Of a stretch of 64,000 nucleotides of DNA, positions 11,028 through 22,731 are shown in pieces. The notes below the pieces were generated by a model, which was not told the DNA's origin, ran no database searches, and saw only the letters and a program-made list of their open reading frames with translations. Location of the stretch: NCBI GenBank assembly GCA_965603825.1, contig CBFDEM010000060.1, forward strand, positions 62,001 through 126,000. The letters run 5' to 3'. This DNA is from Blepharisma stoltei ATCC 30299. Lineage: Eukaryota; Protista; Ciliophora. How positions within the stretch are numbered: the stretch's first letter is position 1; every line of letters begins with the position of its first letter. The position numbers were made by a program, and so were the translations under genes.

Positions 11028-12425
11028 TTATGCATATGACTTATTTCTCATTATTTCATTAAACTGAGCTCCAAGCATCCCGATATCAGTTTGCAGTTTA
11101 TTTATCTCTGCCTTCAGATCCTCATTTTCTTTTTGCAAGTTTTCAAAATTTCTAGCCATTTCATCATAATCTGCCGCTTTATTTTGATTTTCAATCAACT
11201 CTTGCTCAAGCTCTTGGACTCTATGCGAAAGTGCTTCAACAATAATTTTCTCTTGAAAACTCATTGGCTCATTACTAGTTTTCGGACTTCTCCCTTGGGC
11301 TCCTTTTAGCTCTTGCAGAAGCCTTTCTTTTTCAAGCTTGCACTGCTCATGCATACTTTTTTCTTTGGAATATTGATTTTTTAAGTCTTTTAAATCATGC
11401 ATGCTCCTTTTCTGGACTATTTGTTTTTCAGTTTTTGCGTCTTCATAGTCACTTTGTAATTTTTTATTAATTTCTTCAAGATTTTTTATTCTATTTTCCA
11501 ACTCTTTATTTTTAAATGAAATATTTCCCAGTTCTTGCATATTATCTCTTGCTGAATTTTTTAAATTGTTATATTCAATCTGCAATAAATGCTCATTTCC
11601 TTTGAGTTCATCAAATGATTTTTTTAATTCTTGGTTTTCTTTAATAAGCCCTTTAATTTCTTCTTTAAGCGTAATCGCTCCATTTCCTCTTAATTCTTTT
11701 ATTTCTTGCTCTAATTTTTCTAAATTTCTTTTCAACTTGCTGTTTTCTAAATCTAGTTCTTCCCTTGAGCACTCTATAGCGTATTTTTCTTTTAAAGCTT
11801 GTCTGGCGTCACTTACTTCTTCTTCACGATTTGCGAGGTCAATTATAAGTGTTTCTTTTTGGTTTTCTAGCTGAGAATTTTTTATTCTTAAATCATTATT
11901 TTCTTTAACGGTTGAGTCTAAGGCGATTTCTATTGCTTTGCATTTTTCTTCTAAGACTTCTAAAGAGAGTTTTAATTTTCCATTCAGATCAGAAACTCTT
12001 TTTTGCTCAGCTTTACTAGATATATCTTCTATTGTGCTCTCATTCGGCCTTGCTGTATCTGCTTGTCCACCTTTAGGCCACATATGTTCAAAAATTGCTA
12101 ATAATTGTTCTAATAAAAGTTCCTGATCATCAGTAAGCAATTCTTCTTTTCTGACTTTCTTTAAACATTCTAATGCAATTTGCCGAGAAAATAAAGGAAA
12201 TTTAAGTTTGGAAGGATCGTCTTTTGGCTTAGATTTTTCATCAAGTGCTTTGCGGAGATTAATTATTTCAAAGTATGGGTTTGGTGCTAATTTTATGAGT
12301 TCTTCATAGCGCTCGCTATTTGATTTGAGTTTTTGGTTTTCGTGCTTGAGGTTAAGCAATTCATTTTGAAACTGGCCATATTCTGCCATTGTCCAAGTGA
12401 TTGAGTCTTCTTCGAGATCGCTCAT
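11028..12425 (-). CDS. Coiled-coil protein, 465 aa
   Basis: Uninterrupted ATG-TAA ORF with heptad-like E/K/L/Q composition. Confidence 0.8.
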   Translation of the reverse strand: MSDLEEDSITWTMAEYGQFQNELLNLKHENQKLKSNSERYEELIKLAPNPYFEIINLRKALDEKSKPKDDPSKLKFPLFSRQIALECLKKVRKEELLTDDQELLLEQLLAIFEHMWPKGGQADTARPNESTIEDISSKAEQKRVSDLNGKLKLSLEVLEEKCKAIEIALDSTVKENNDLRIKNSQLENQKETLIIDLANREEEVSDARQALKEKYAIECSREELDLENSKLKRNLEKLEQEIKELRGNGAITLKEEIKGLIKENQELKKSFDELKGNEHLLQIEYNNLKNSARDNMQELGNISFKNKELENRIKNLEEINKKLQSDYEDAKTEKQIVQKRSMHDLKDLKNQYSKEKSMHEQCKLEKERLLQELKGAQGRSPKTSNEPMSFQEKIIVEALSHRVQELEQELIENQNKAADYDEMARNFENLQKENEDLKAEINKLQTDIGMLGAQFNEIMRNKSYA

Positions 12426-13004
12426 AATTTTTTATTATTTATGTTTTAAAAGGATCAAAAGATATTCAAATCCGTTATATTTAGATCTTATAATAATGGT
12501 AATGATATTTGATGTAATATTAGATATTTTTAAGGCATGTTTAAAGATTAAAATCTTTTGAATTCAGCTGTAGTATCCAGTAAAGTATTTCAAAACTATG
12601 GGCCATAATACAAAGTGGCCTTATATAGATGGAAGCATAAAATTTTGAAATGAAAAAGAGGTTAAGCAAATCATTGAGATTAAAAAATCTTGATCGAGAA
12701 ATGATTTTGCATAAAACATTGTTGGAAAAATATCAAATGATTAATTAAGATATAAGGATACTATGATTATTTTAGAAGTATAATATGAAGAGATGAAATA
12801 AAAGGCAAGCTGCAGATTAGGTTAAATGTTTGTTGACTTAAAGATAAGAGAAGTATAATGGAAAAATGGGAAATTTATAGATAGGTGACAGAACCTATCC
12901 CATAAATATTTAGGTTAATTATGCTTACTCATTTTATACTTTTGTAATAGCCATTGATAAAATATTATTTTTAATCCAAAATCAATTATTTGTACAATTT
13001 TTTA

Positions 13005-13757
13005 ATGCAAAGAGACTTCAAACTTCGGACTCGTCGTGATCAAGACTTTATTTCCCAACCCGACCCTGCATCTCATAACTTATCCAAAGGCTCAAAATCA
13101 TTCAAAAAGCTTCCAAGTATCTCAACTTCTGATGAAAAGAAAATAAGCCACGACTTATTAAGATCTTCCACAATTCCTATGAATTCTCCATCATCTCCAT
13201 GCTTACAAATCCCTATCAAAAATGAAATAGGAAAATTAAAAACCTTAGAAACATCTCAAATTAATGTAAATTTCATATAGAAAATTTCTGAATTAAAAAG
13301 AAAAATAAATCAGCAAAAAGAAGAAGTAAAGCAGCTTGAAAGAGAGAATGAAAATTTAAGAGTAATTGACTATGAGCACAGAGTTTTGCCGCTATCCCTT
13401 CAAAACGAAATGATAATAAGAGCTTTCCAACTGTCACAATTACAAGCCCAAATATATGAAGACCAAATAAATCAGCTAGAAGAGGAGCTTGAAGATCATA
13501 ATTACTGAAATTTCAATGAAAATGAAGACATTCATGCAGAATTAACCGAAGAAGAAATAGAGGTAAATTTTAAATAGAAAATTCCAATATTTATTGCTGA
13601 CTCAAATTATATTTGTTTGTGCTGCCAATGTGACATACCTGAAGATTCAGTTGCTAAAAGACTCCCAAACTGTGGACATTATTTTCATCTGGATTGCATT
13701 GATAACTGCCTGAGACACCAAGGTTGCTGCCCAATTTGTTATACAATAGCAATTTAG
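13005..13757 (+). CDS. Coiled-coil plus C-terminal RING-H2 protein (E3 ligase-like); introns 13266-13280 and 13563-13577
   Basis: Removing GTAAATTTCATATAG and GTAAATTTTAAATAG and reading one TGA as Trp yields CLCC...CGHYFHLDC...CPIC. Confidence 0.85.
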
Positions 13758-13985
13758 ATAATTTATTTTTAAATTTTAATCAATTTTCCTAAAATTTGCT
13801 AAAAATATCCATTTAATCCATTAATTTTAGTCTAATTTATGATATATACTAAAAATTTTAATAAAAAAATTAAATAAAGCTATTGTCCTAATTTTAACGG
13901 CATTCTAACGGATTTTATAGCAATTAAGCAAAATTCTATTATTAAGACCTACTAAGCCAAATTCTGTTAATAAGTTTATATTACT

Positions 13986-15794
13986 ATGTCAGATAGGGAA
14001 AGAACTATGTTTAATCTTGGCCAAGCCAGAAAGCCAAAACCTACTTTATCTTCAGCCCCTATTGAAGACATATCGCTTTACCCTCAGCGTCGACATTTAT
14101 CATCAGACAACTCAACATTATCCCCTACATCCATGGAAATTGATTTACAGACCATCTTAAGAAGAATACAAATGGACTTAAATTTAGACAAAAGAGAGAT
14201 TGATATCTACCAGCGAGCTTTAGATAGTCATTACTTGCTAAAAACAACAGAAGAAGAAAAACTATCCCTTGCAGATGATGAAAATTTAATTAACGATTTA
14301 GAAAGAATGGCATCTCGAGATGGAAATAGGACGATTTCAGGCACAAAGTTAAAGGAAAATATTGAAAAATATGTAAAAGCAAAAATAAAGGCAGAAAAGC
14401 TAGTTAAAGATTATGGGAGACCTGATAAAGAAGAACCTGAAAGACCAAGATCTCCGAGTCTGCCTACATTTTCAACAGCTTTGTCAAAGGAATATATTAT
14501 CAATGCCCTCCCCAGTATTTCTATCTATGAAACTACAAATGAGCTCAATTCAGCTAAAAAAATTATTGATATTATCATAGAACAGACCAATAATACTCGA
14601 GGAATCCCAAATCGAAAATCCGTTATACAGCTTTACACAACTTATGCAATAAATTATTTGCAAGGACCAATAAAAACCAAAAAAACAGCTCAAATCAGCG
14701 AAATTTTAAAAAATCAGCTTGAAAAAGCTGGAAAAAGCCAATATGATTTTGAAGCAGTTTTTAAAGCTCTAGAATTTGTATGAATTGAAGAAGAAGAATA
14801 TGAAATTGAGCCTGTAGAGCCAGTTAAGCCACATGCGGCTAAGGTGAAAGTAAAATCAGGAAGACCTGGAGAAGCAGAAGATATTAAATCACTAAAAGAG
14901 GCAGCTGAGACGCTAAAAAATAATAATTTGCAAACAGAAAAAGACATTGAAATGCTGAAATTGACGATTGAAAAAGCTGTTAAGGAAAAAAATATTTTAG
15001 AAAAAAAATTGCAAGAAAATGATTTGTTTTTACAAAAAAAGCTTGACGAAAAGAAAAATTATGAGCAAGAGCATGAGGCTTATTTAAATCTGCAGAAAAG
15101 ACAAATTGAGCTTCAAGAGCAGCTAAATGGACAGCAGCAAGACTTAGTAAATAAATCCAGAGAACTAGAAATATTGAAAAACCAGTATGAAAGCCATATA
15201 AAATCACAAGAAGTGCTCTTTGCTGACCAAGTTAATGAATTAAATGAATTAAGACAAAAAAATCAAGACGTAGAGTATTATATAAAAATGCAATGTGAAA
15301 TCAAAGAAGAAAATCAGAAAATTCAGAGAAAAATTGAAGAAATAATGAAAAATGGGACAACAAAGCAAGATCTGGAAAAATATTTTATTCAAACAGATCA
15401 TCTGAAAGAGCGCATGCAACAGCTGAATAATGAGAAAAAATTGATTGAAAAAAATAACACAATTTTGGATGAAGAGCTGAATTTTGTATTGCAATATAAA
15501 CAAGATATCGATAAAAATCTGATAGATTGCTATAAAAAAAGAAGTGAAAATCTTGATAATATAGAAGAAGAGCTGATATCAAGAGATGAGGACTTAATTA
15601 TTAGGGAGCAAAAATTTAGGGATCAGTATGATACGATAGAAAAAGAGTCGTTAATTGCAAAAAGAAATATGATCAGTTCAATTGGAAACGAATTTTCTAA
15701 AGCACGCAGCTTGCCCGATCATTATGCTTTATATTTTGGGATTTGTGTTATTTCTTTTATAATCGGAATTTTCCTCTCAAAAGCCGAATATTAA
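13986..15794 (+). CDS. Coiled-coil protein with C-terminal transmembrane anchor, 602 aa
   Basis: ORFs 13986 and 14844 are in frame via TGA 14781. Hydrophobic tail YALYFGICVISFIIGIFL. Confidence 0.8.
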
Positions 15795-15915
15795 TAGGAG
15801 CCTAAATAACTATTATTTAACGTAAATTTGAAGAAAATAAGTAATTTTTATAATTTTTATCTGTCAAATTTATTTATATTTGGTATTCATCCCATTTACA
15901 ACTCCCAAACTTATA

Positions 15916-17382
15916 TTAAAACTTCGTCATCAAAAAATCCAAAAATTCATCTAAATCAATCTGCCCATCTCCGTTTTGATCTGCCTCACTTATTAGCGCT
16001 TTCCATATATCAACAGTATCTTCAGTATCATCAGAAAATGCATGCATTAATTCTTCAGCTGAAATTTTCCCATTTTTATCTTTATCTAACAAATCAAAAG
16101 CGACAACCAAATTTTTCCTTGAAAAAACTAATTTTTCATCTGCCACAGCTCTAATATATTCAGTAAACTCAATAAACCCATCCTGGTTTTCATCAACTTC
16201 CTTTATAATCCCTTCAGCTTTATATTTTGCTTCTTTTTCTGAGTAAGACGCAGTAAGCTCTTTTATTAGATCACTTTTTCCTATTTTTCCATCCCCATCA
16301 TTATCTAATGCAGAAAAGGCTTTCCTAAGATGCTTAAATTCTTTATAATTTAGCAGCTGGCAGGTAATGAAAGTCATAATGGCATCTCTAAGCTTTAGCT
16401 GACTTGAAAATCTAGTTAGATTATCAATCACGTGGAGAAGGGTGTGCTGAGATACAGAATGAGTATTGTGGGTTACGATCCATGGGTGATTTAAGGCATC
16501 ATTTACAGATATTCGAGTGTCTAAAGGCGCCATAAGCTTATGGATAAGGTCAATTGCTTCTTCAGAAACGTCTTTAAACTCTTCAGTCGTGGTATCATAT
16601 GACCCGATTTTTACTTTCTCCATAATCTCGTCATCAGTTTTGCCGTAAAATGGCGGATTTCCACATAATAATATATATAAAATTACACCACAGCTCCATT
16701 CGTCACATTTTTCTGTGTATTTCCCAGAAATTAGTTCTGGGGCCATATAATATGTAGTCCCTACGATTCCTTCCATAGTTTTGTTTTCTTCAAGCTTTAT
16801 AGCTGAGCCAAAATCTACTAATTTTAGATTTAATTCTGACCCTCTTTCTTCTATCATAATGTTTTCAGGCTTAAGGTCTCTATGAGCGATATTAAAAGAG
16901 TGCATAAAAGAAACGGCAGAAAATAATTGTTTCATTATATGTGATGCTTGAGATTCACTAAATCTCGTGAGTTTTTTAATTATGTCAAAAAGTTCGCCTC
17001 CTTCACATAATTCCATTACGAGATAATGGTTGCTTTCATCTTCAAAAAAATCATATACCCTGATTATGTTTGGATGGTCTAAAAGTCTCAAAATTTCCAT
17101 TTCAATGAGCAAATTTCCTTCAGCTTCTTTTCCTGGTTTTAAAGCATTTTTGCTGAATATTTTAACAGCTCTTGTGGAGCCAGACAGTTTATGCGTACAT
17201 CTTCTCACTTCCGCAAAGCCACCTTTGCCAACACGATTGCCAAGCATATAAACTTCAGTAAAAGGCAGGTCATTTGGCCTTATAAAAGTTCCTTGATGAA
17301 TTTTGATAGAAAATGAAGGAGGAGCCTCGGAAAATAAGGTAATATTAGTTTTTCGGTATTTTAAAGACGTGCAACAGCCCAT
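15916..17382 (-). CDS. Calcium-dependent protein kinase (CDPK)
   Basis: MGCC acylation motif, GKGGFAEV, HRDLKPEN, DFG, and four EF-hand loops (DNDGDGKI, DENQDGFI, DKDKNGKI, DQNGDGQI). Confidence 0.95.
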   Translation of the reverse strand: MGCCTSLKYRKTNITLFSEAPPSFSIKIHQGTFIRPNDLPFTEVYMLGNRVGKGGFAEVRRCTHKLSGSTRAVKIFSKNALKPGKEAEGNLLIEMEILRLLDHPNIIRVYDFFEDESNHYLVMELCEGGELFDIIKKLTRFSESQASHIMKQLFSAVSFMHSFNIAHRDLKPENIMIEERGSELNLKLVDFGSAIKLEENKTMEGIVGTTYYMAPELISGKYTEKCDEWSCGVILYILLCGNPPFYGKTDDEIMEKVKIGSYDTTTEEFKDVSEEAIDLIHKLMAPLDTRISVNDALNHPWIVTHNTHSVSQHTLLHVIDNLTRFSSQLKLRDAIMTFITCQLLNYKEFKHLRKAFSALDNDGDGKIGKSDLIKELTASYSEKEAKYKAEGIIKEVDENQDGFIEFTEYIRAVADEKLVFSRKNLVVAFDLLDKDKNGKISAEELMHAFSDDTEDTVDIWKALISEADQNGDGQIDLDEFLDFLMTKF

Positions 17383-17793
17383 TTTCGTAGTTTATTTATA
17401 TGGAAAGGAAGAAAATCGTTATGGAATAAATGAGACTCATTAATCACACTTTCTTTAGGTTTAAAAAAAAAGCATGGAAAACGTTTATAATATAAAATGA
17501 AAATTACTGAGGTTTTTGGGTTTTTTACCAAAGTGGAATTTTGTCAAAAGACACTATAAAGTCGCGATGAAAATTATTTGGCAAATTAATTACAATTTTT
17601 AGATGAGATAATTATTATCTTAATATTTTTGTATTAAGTAAATTATATTCTATAAGATTTTTATAATTTGCAAATAAATATTAGGAATTTTTAACTTTGA
17701 GCAAAATACAAAATATACATTAAAAGGAGATTATAAAATGTATATTTTCCCCTCTCAAAAGAAACTATCAATTATAAATTTAAACAAATTAAA

Positions 17794-18807
17794 ATGGAAT
17801 TGGAAACAGAAGACACTCCAGCGTTCATATCAGATTCCACTGATTATGATATTTTTCTGCATCCCATCATTTCTTTACAAACGAATTCAGGGAAACCATC
17901 TCTTCTGTTACATACTAATGAAATAGAAGAAATCCCTGGTGGGTGACTTTATAGGCATTACACAAATCGACATTTAATTCTCCTAAGGTCACTTCATATT
18001 GCTGGCTATGGCCTTGAACTTGGTTGTTTTATAGCAGGCGAATGTCTGGTTAAATTTGAAATTGAATACGATAACTTTACGCCTTTTGCAGTTGACCCGA
18101 TCTTTGTTACATTTTTGTGAGGTTTAATTCTCCTGCTTGGTGCTCTTTTAATACCTGTTTTATTTAGAAAAACAAATAATGCAATTTCGATTATTTCAGA
18201 CCAACTAAAATATTATCATTTCCCTGTGTATATTTTAATTGCGATCTTTTTACTATCAAAAAATGTCTTCAAGACAAAATTTTCTTTTATTTTCAATGAT
18301 TTGACTCTAATTATCATCTCAGGACTCTCATTTTATATATATTCAAGGGTAAAATATGAAGATGACGGAAGATATGTAGTCACTTGGCTTGAATATTTAG
18401 GCATTCAAGTCCAATTTTCAGTAATTGTAGCATGAATGCTTGTGGAATTGTCTATAAGCACAATGCTAACCATTTCTTCAATAGATGGCCAATCTACTAA
18501 AGACTACAAATTTGTAGGGTGGCCACATGAAAATTGGACTATTTTACTTATGTCAATTTGCTTTACTATTAGTGTGATTGTCCTAAATACTTATAAAGAT
18601 ATATTTTTCCCTGCAGTTTTAAGTTATACCTTTTTAGGCATTTATTCTTGACAAAGGAGAAAAATTTGCCTTGAAGACGACGATAACTGCAGCGAAAGTG
18701 TGACAGTCACCGCGTTTGTTTTTGGTGGACTTTTACTGGTATTTATCATTATTACAATTTTGTATTACCCGAAGTTGATATTATACAGAGTTCGAGTAAG
18801 GACATAA
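17794..18807 (+). CDS. Multi-pass membrane protein, 337 aa, unknown function
   Basis: One continuous frame from ATG 17794 to TAA 18805 with four TGA(Trp) and several hydrophobic segments. Confidence 0.75.
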
Positions 18808-18812
18808 TTAAT

Positions 18813-20226
18813 CTAAAATTTACGTTTAAGAAACTCTTGGAGGACTTCAGTGTTCCTCAGCGATGGAGGGGATTTTGATTTTAAGTCTTCAGGCTTTGTA
18901 AGGAGATTTATGGTCTTTTTTGGAGCAATTTTGGAGTAGGCCTTGGAGACTTGTTCGATGAAATCGTAATTAGACTCGACTAATGTTTTTTGAGAGGTAT
19001 TAAGAGGGGTCATTGAGTTTACCATCTTATGAATAGATTCTTGCAAATCAGTTTCAAGACGAGCAGTTAGGTCAGAATATTGCTGGCATAGAGAAGATAC
19101 TGTTTCTGACTGGATTTCTTGGAGTTGGGATTGGACAGCAGTTGAAATCTCATGATAAGATTTTTCGTTTTCATTGATTTTTGAAGGAATTTCTATATGA
19201 TTTTCTGATTCATTTCTGTATCGGAGGTTTATTGACTTTGCATCAATTTCTGAATTTTGGCTTAAAAAGTTCCCAGTTTCAATCTCCTTCAAGGTTTCTT
19301 CTAGTTTTCCTCACAGCTTATTTTCGACTCTTTTCCCGATCCTATCCCCTTCAATTTCGATATATTCTTGCATTTTAACCAGCCCAATTTCCAATCTTTC
19401 TCGAGCAATTTCTGTCCAAATATGGTTAATATGATCTCCAAAAGCACTTGAAACTAGCTGCACCCTTGATTTTATATTATTTTTAATCGCTTTTCGTTTG
19501 CCTGGCACATCCCCTACAACTAAACTTAAATCCACACTTCTTGAACGAAAATTTCTTTTTTTTTGATTTTTTGAATACAAAATTCCTTTTTGCCTGTCTT
19601 TTGGTGACATTAGTTGGATATATGATAAACTTTTTTGTAAAAAATTTCTTGATGATAACTCATCATTAAAAGATTTATGAAGGCTTGATTCAGCTTTTCT
19701 TGAAGAATTTAACGATAAAAAGTCTCTGATTTCTTCATTAGTTGCACGATCTATTGCTTTTTTTCCATACTAAATAGAAGTTTACACAATCACATTTATC
19801 GATATCAGCACCATTTCGTATCAGAATTTCCACTATTTCTTTATGGCTGTTATAAGCTGAAACCATAAGTGGGGTCCATTGACGGCAATCCTCTTTATTA
19901 ATATCTGCGCCTAATTCGATTAAATATTTTAGGATATCTCTTCTATTATATCAGCATGCTAGAAATACTAAATTTTGCCCAGCCTAAAGTTATTTTACCT
20001 TATTGCATTGGTTTATGTCAGAGTTTTTAGATAGTTCTTTGACAATTTGTATATTTCCGAGTTTTACAGCGATTGAGAGTGCTGTGTCTCCTTTCTAATT
20101 AAAATTCACATCATCAAAATCTTCGAGTTTTGAGCTGGGGGCGAGAGACTTGACAAGATTTATGTCATCTTTATCAACTGCCATCATAAGTGGCGTGTAG
20201 CCACCTAAAAGTTTGTTGGCAATCAT
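18813..20226 (-). CDS. Ankyrin-repeat protein; introns 20095-20109, 19984-19998 and 19770-19785
   Basis: Splicing three 15/15/16-nt GT-AG introns restores ankyrin motifs (GYTPLMMAV, GDTALSIAV, WTPLMVSA). It joins ORFs 19311 and 18813 via TGA. Confidence 0.85.
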
Positions 20227-20277
20227 GATTTAATTATCTTAGTAAAACCCATTTTTGCTTCAGTTATTCGGATTATA

Positions 20278-20829
20278 ATGGATAAAAACAGCCTTGGAAG
20301 AACTTTTCACCCAAAATATTCTTTTTACAGAGGTGATGGAAGTGGAAGAGACGAGTATATTTCTACCAATAGTGGTGGCTTTTATCAGAATAGTCCAAAA
20401 GGGGAAGTATTCCGAAGGACAGGATCCAATTTCACCAAAACTCAACATTTTAAGCCTTCTCCTCGACTTTCTTCTCCAATCTGAAGGTATTATTCAGATG
20501 GGTCAGGGAGAGATTACTATATAACTGTTAATAGTGGAGGTCTCCATGCAAGTGGGTACACTGGAGGTAAAAGGGATCTATTTAAAGAAGGATTAAGGAA
20601 CGGTGATACCAGTACGAGTCCTCCGAAAACTGATACGTTTTCAAAAACTATGAGTTGTTGGATTAATCCAAAAATGAGGGAATTTACTAAGCAAAGACAA
20701 GAAAAAGTGAAAACACTAGTAAATAGACTATATCCAAGCCAAAGCAGTAAAACGATTCCTACCACAAAAGATATAGGCTCCGCTCACCAGCGAAAAATTT
20801 CAGCAAAAAATATAATTAAGAATGCTTAA
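20278..20829 (+). CDS. Small basic protein with two DGSGRDxYI..NSGG repeats, 183 aa
   Basis: Readthrough of TGA 20482 reveals the second repeat (YSDGSGRDYYITVNSGG). Ends at TAA 20827. Confidence 0.8.
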
Positions 20830-21805
20830 ATTATAAACTAATTGGTATCTATTAATTCTAAATAAAAAGTGCTTAAGTATATCATATAAAAAGTTAAAGA
20901 GAGGAGCACAAGGAAGCAGATAAGTAGAAAAGAAAAGAAAAAAAAATAAAAAGACGTAGTTGACACCAATATTTGCAATCTTAGCTGGAGACAAAAACAT
21001 TTTTTTATTACGAAGAAATGAAATGAATCAGCCACTGAGATTTCTTGGGGAGCAATCTAGAAGCTTAAACAACTGGAGTCGCTGAAAACCATAATCAAAT
21101 GCTTCTGAAAAGCTATCAACAAAGACTGCGGAAAAAGCTTTGTAAGGTAGAATTCTAGTATTCCAAGAAAATTTATGAATTCAAATAAATCTGAAATAAG
21201 GCTTAAATTCTGGTTAAGGAGAAAAAAAGAAATGCATGAAGAAAGCTCGAAATAAAAGCTCAGATCTAGAAGCTGATATAAAGATTTTATAAAATGACTG
21301 ATGCAATCAGACCAAGACTTAAATACTGATTTTTACTAAACTCGCCTTTTATAAACAAATATTTTGTATTCATTTTTTATTATTGAAAAATATTTAATAA
21401 GTTCAAATAAGCTATATATAACTTAAAAAATTAAATAATTAAGGCCTTATATATTGAATTTTTCAAAATGAGCTTAAATGTACCTTATGAGAAAAAAATG
21501 TCTTATTATCCATATGAATACTTATGTTTCGCCTGAATTGCAGTGTCCTTCACATAAATGTTCAATGATCTAAAAGAAACTCATTATTTCCCTATTGAAT
21601 AATAAAAAAAATTATTAAAATAATATGAATATAATCCTGGTAACCGCTTCAATAATAAAAAAACTCAAATACTGATAAATATTAGGACTTTAATTTATAT
21701 AGCATGCTAATAAGTTCAATTACCGGGCGTATTTTAATAAATCTTATCAGAAAAATAATAATTCCAGTAACTAAAAAATTAATATAATTAATAAATATTT
21801 ACTGA

Positions 21806-22633
21806 ATGGGATCCGCACAAGGAAAGGAAGAAATAAGCTGCGTTATTCACAAGACTGCAGCAAGGGTTACAAAAGAAAAGTTTAAGATTAGGACTCAGCA
21901 ATCACCAATAATAAGGCCAGACCACAGCCAACCAGTTTTGGCCACACCCACACTATTCCATATAAAAGACTACCAAACAAACACCAAATTCGAAAATAAT
22001 GACACAACTCATAAGGTTATTCCAAATAATACTTCTTATGAGAAAAATATTCAAATTCCGAATATAAAAATAAATTCAAGGCCAACTAAACTAAACATAA
22101 GATTACTCAAAAATAAAATAGGGACACAATCGCATCCCGTTTCTAGAATTGGCTCCCCTACTTCAAAAGGAACCCTTAATATTGATGATTCACTTCCAAG
22201 CTTCAACTTGAAATCAAATAATAATACCCCAATATTTAAAGAATCTTCTCATCATGATACCCAAACATTTGACTCCAATTTTTTACCAATTTCAAAATTT
22301 GGTGGTGATGAAGGAATTTCTCCTATACCAAAAAAATCTATGGCGAAAAGTTTCAGCGCACTCAAAGCTTTGAAGTCTACTTCACTTCCTATATATAACT
22401 CAGGAGAAGGAAAAATGAGCTCGCCTATAAAGATTTTTAACACAAGATTAGATAGTCAAGGGCCGGTGAATTCAGAAGCTATAAAAAGTATAGAAAACCC
22501 TTCACTTATATTTGAAAACCTCGACTTAAAAAAAGTATCAAAAAGACGTGAATCATTCAGAGTCAACACTATTTGTGAAGTCATTAAAAATCGCAGAGGA
22601 TCATTACAGCTTAACTATGATAGAAAACAATAA
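21806..22633 (+). CDS. Hypothetical S/P/K-rich protein, 275 aa
   Basis: ATG-TAA ORF with an MG N-terminus and no recognised domain. Confidence 0.7.
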   Translation: MGSAQGKEEISCVIHKTAARVTKEKFKIRTQQSPIIRPDHSQPVLATPTLFHIKDYQTNTKFENNDTTHKVIPNNTSYEKNIQIPNIKINSRPTKLNIRLLKNKIGTQSHPVSRIGSPTSKGTLNIDDSLPSFNLKSNNNTPIFKESSHHDTQTFDSNFLPISKFGGDEGISPIPKKSMAKSFSALKALKSTSLPIYNSGEGKMSSPIKIFNTRLDSQGPVNSEAIKSIENPSLIFENLDLKKVSKRRESFRVNTICEVIKNRRGSLQLNYDRKQ

Positions 22634-22731
22634 ACATATGTACAAATGTAAATACTGAACAAAGAAAAATTCTTATAAATAATATTTAATACTTTTTATT
22701 AATATTTCTCTAAAGAAAAGGAGTAATAATT

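Noticed and set aside
20830-21320. Purine-rich coding-like tract after the DGSGRD gene
   Set aside because: I could not build a sustained frame even with TGA=Trp, and no motif is recognisable. It may be a decayed gene but cannot be supported.
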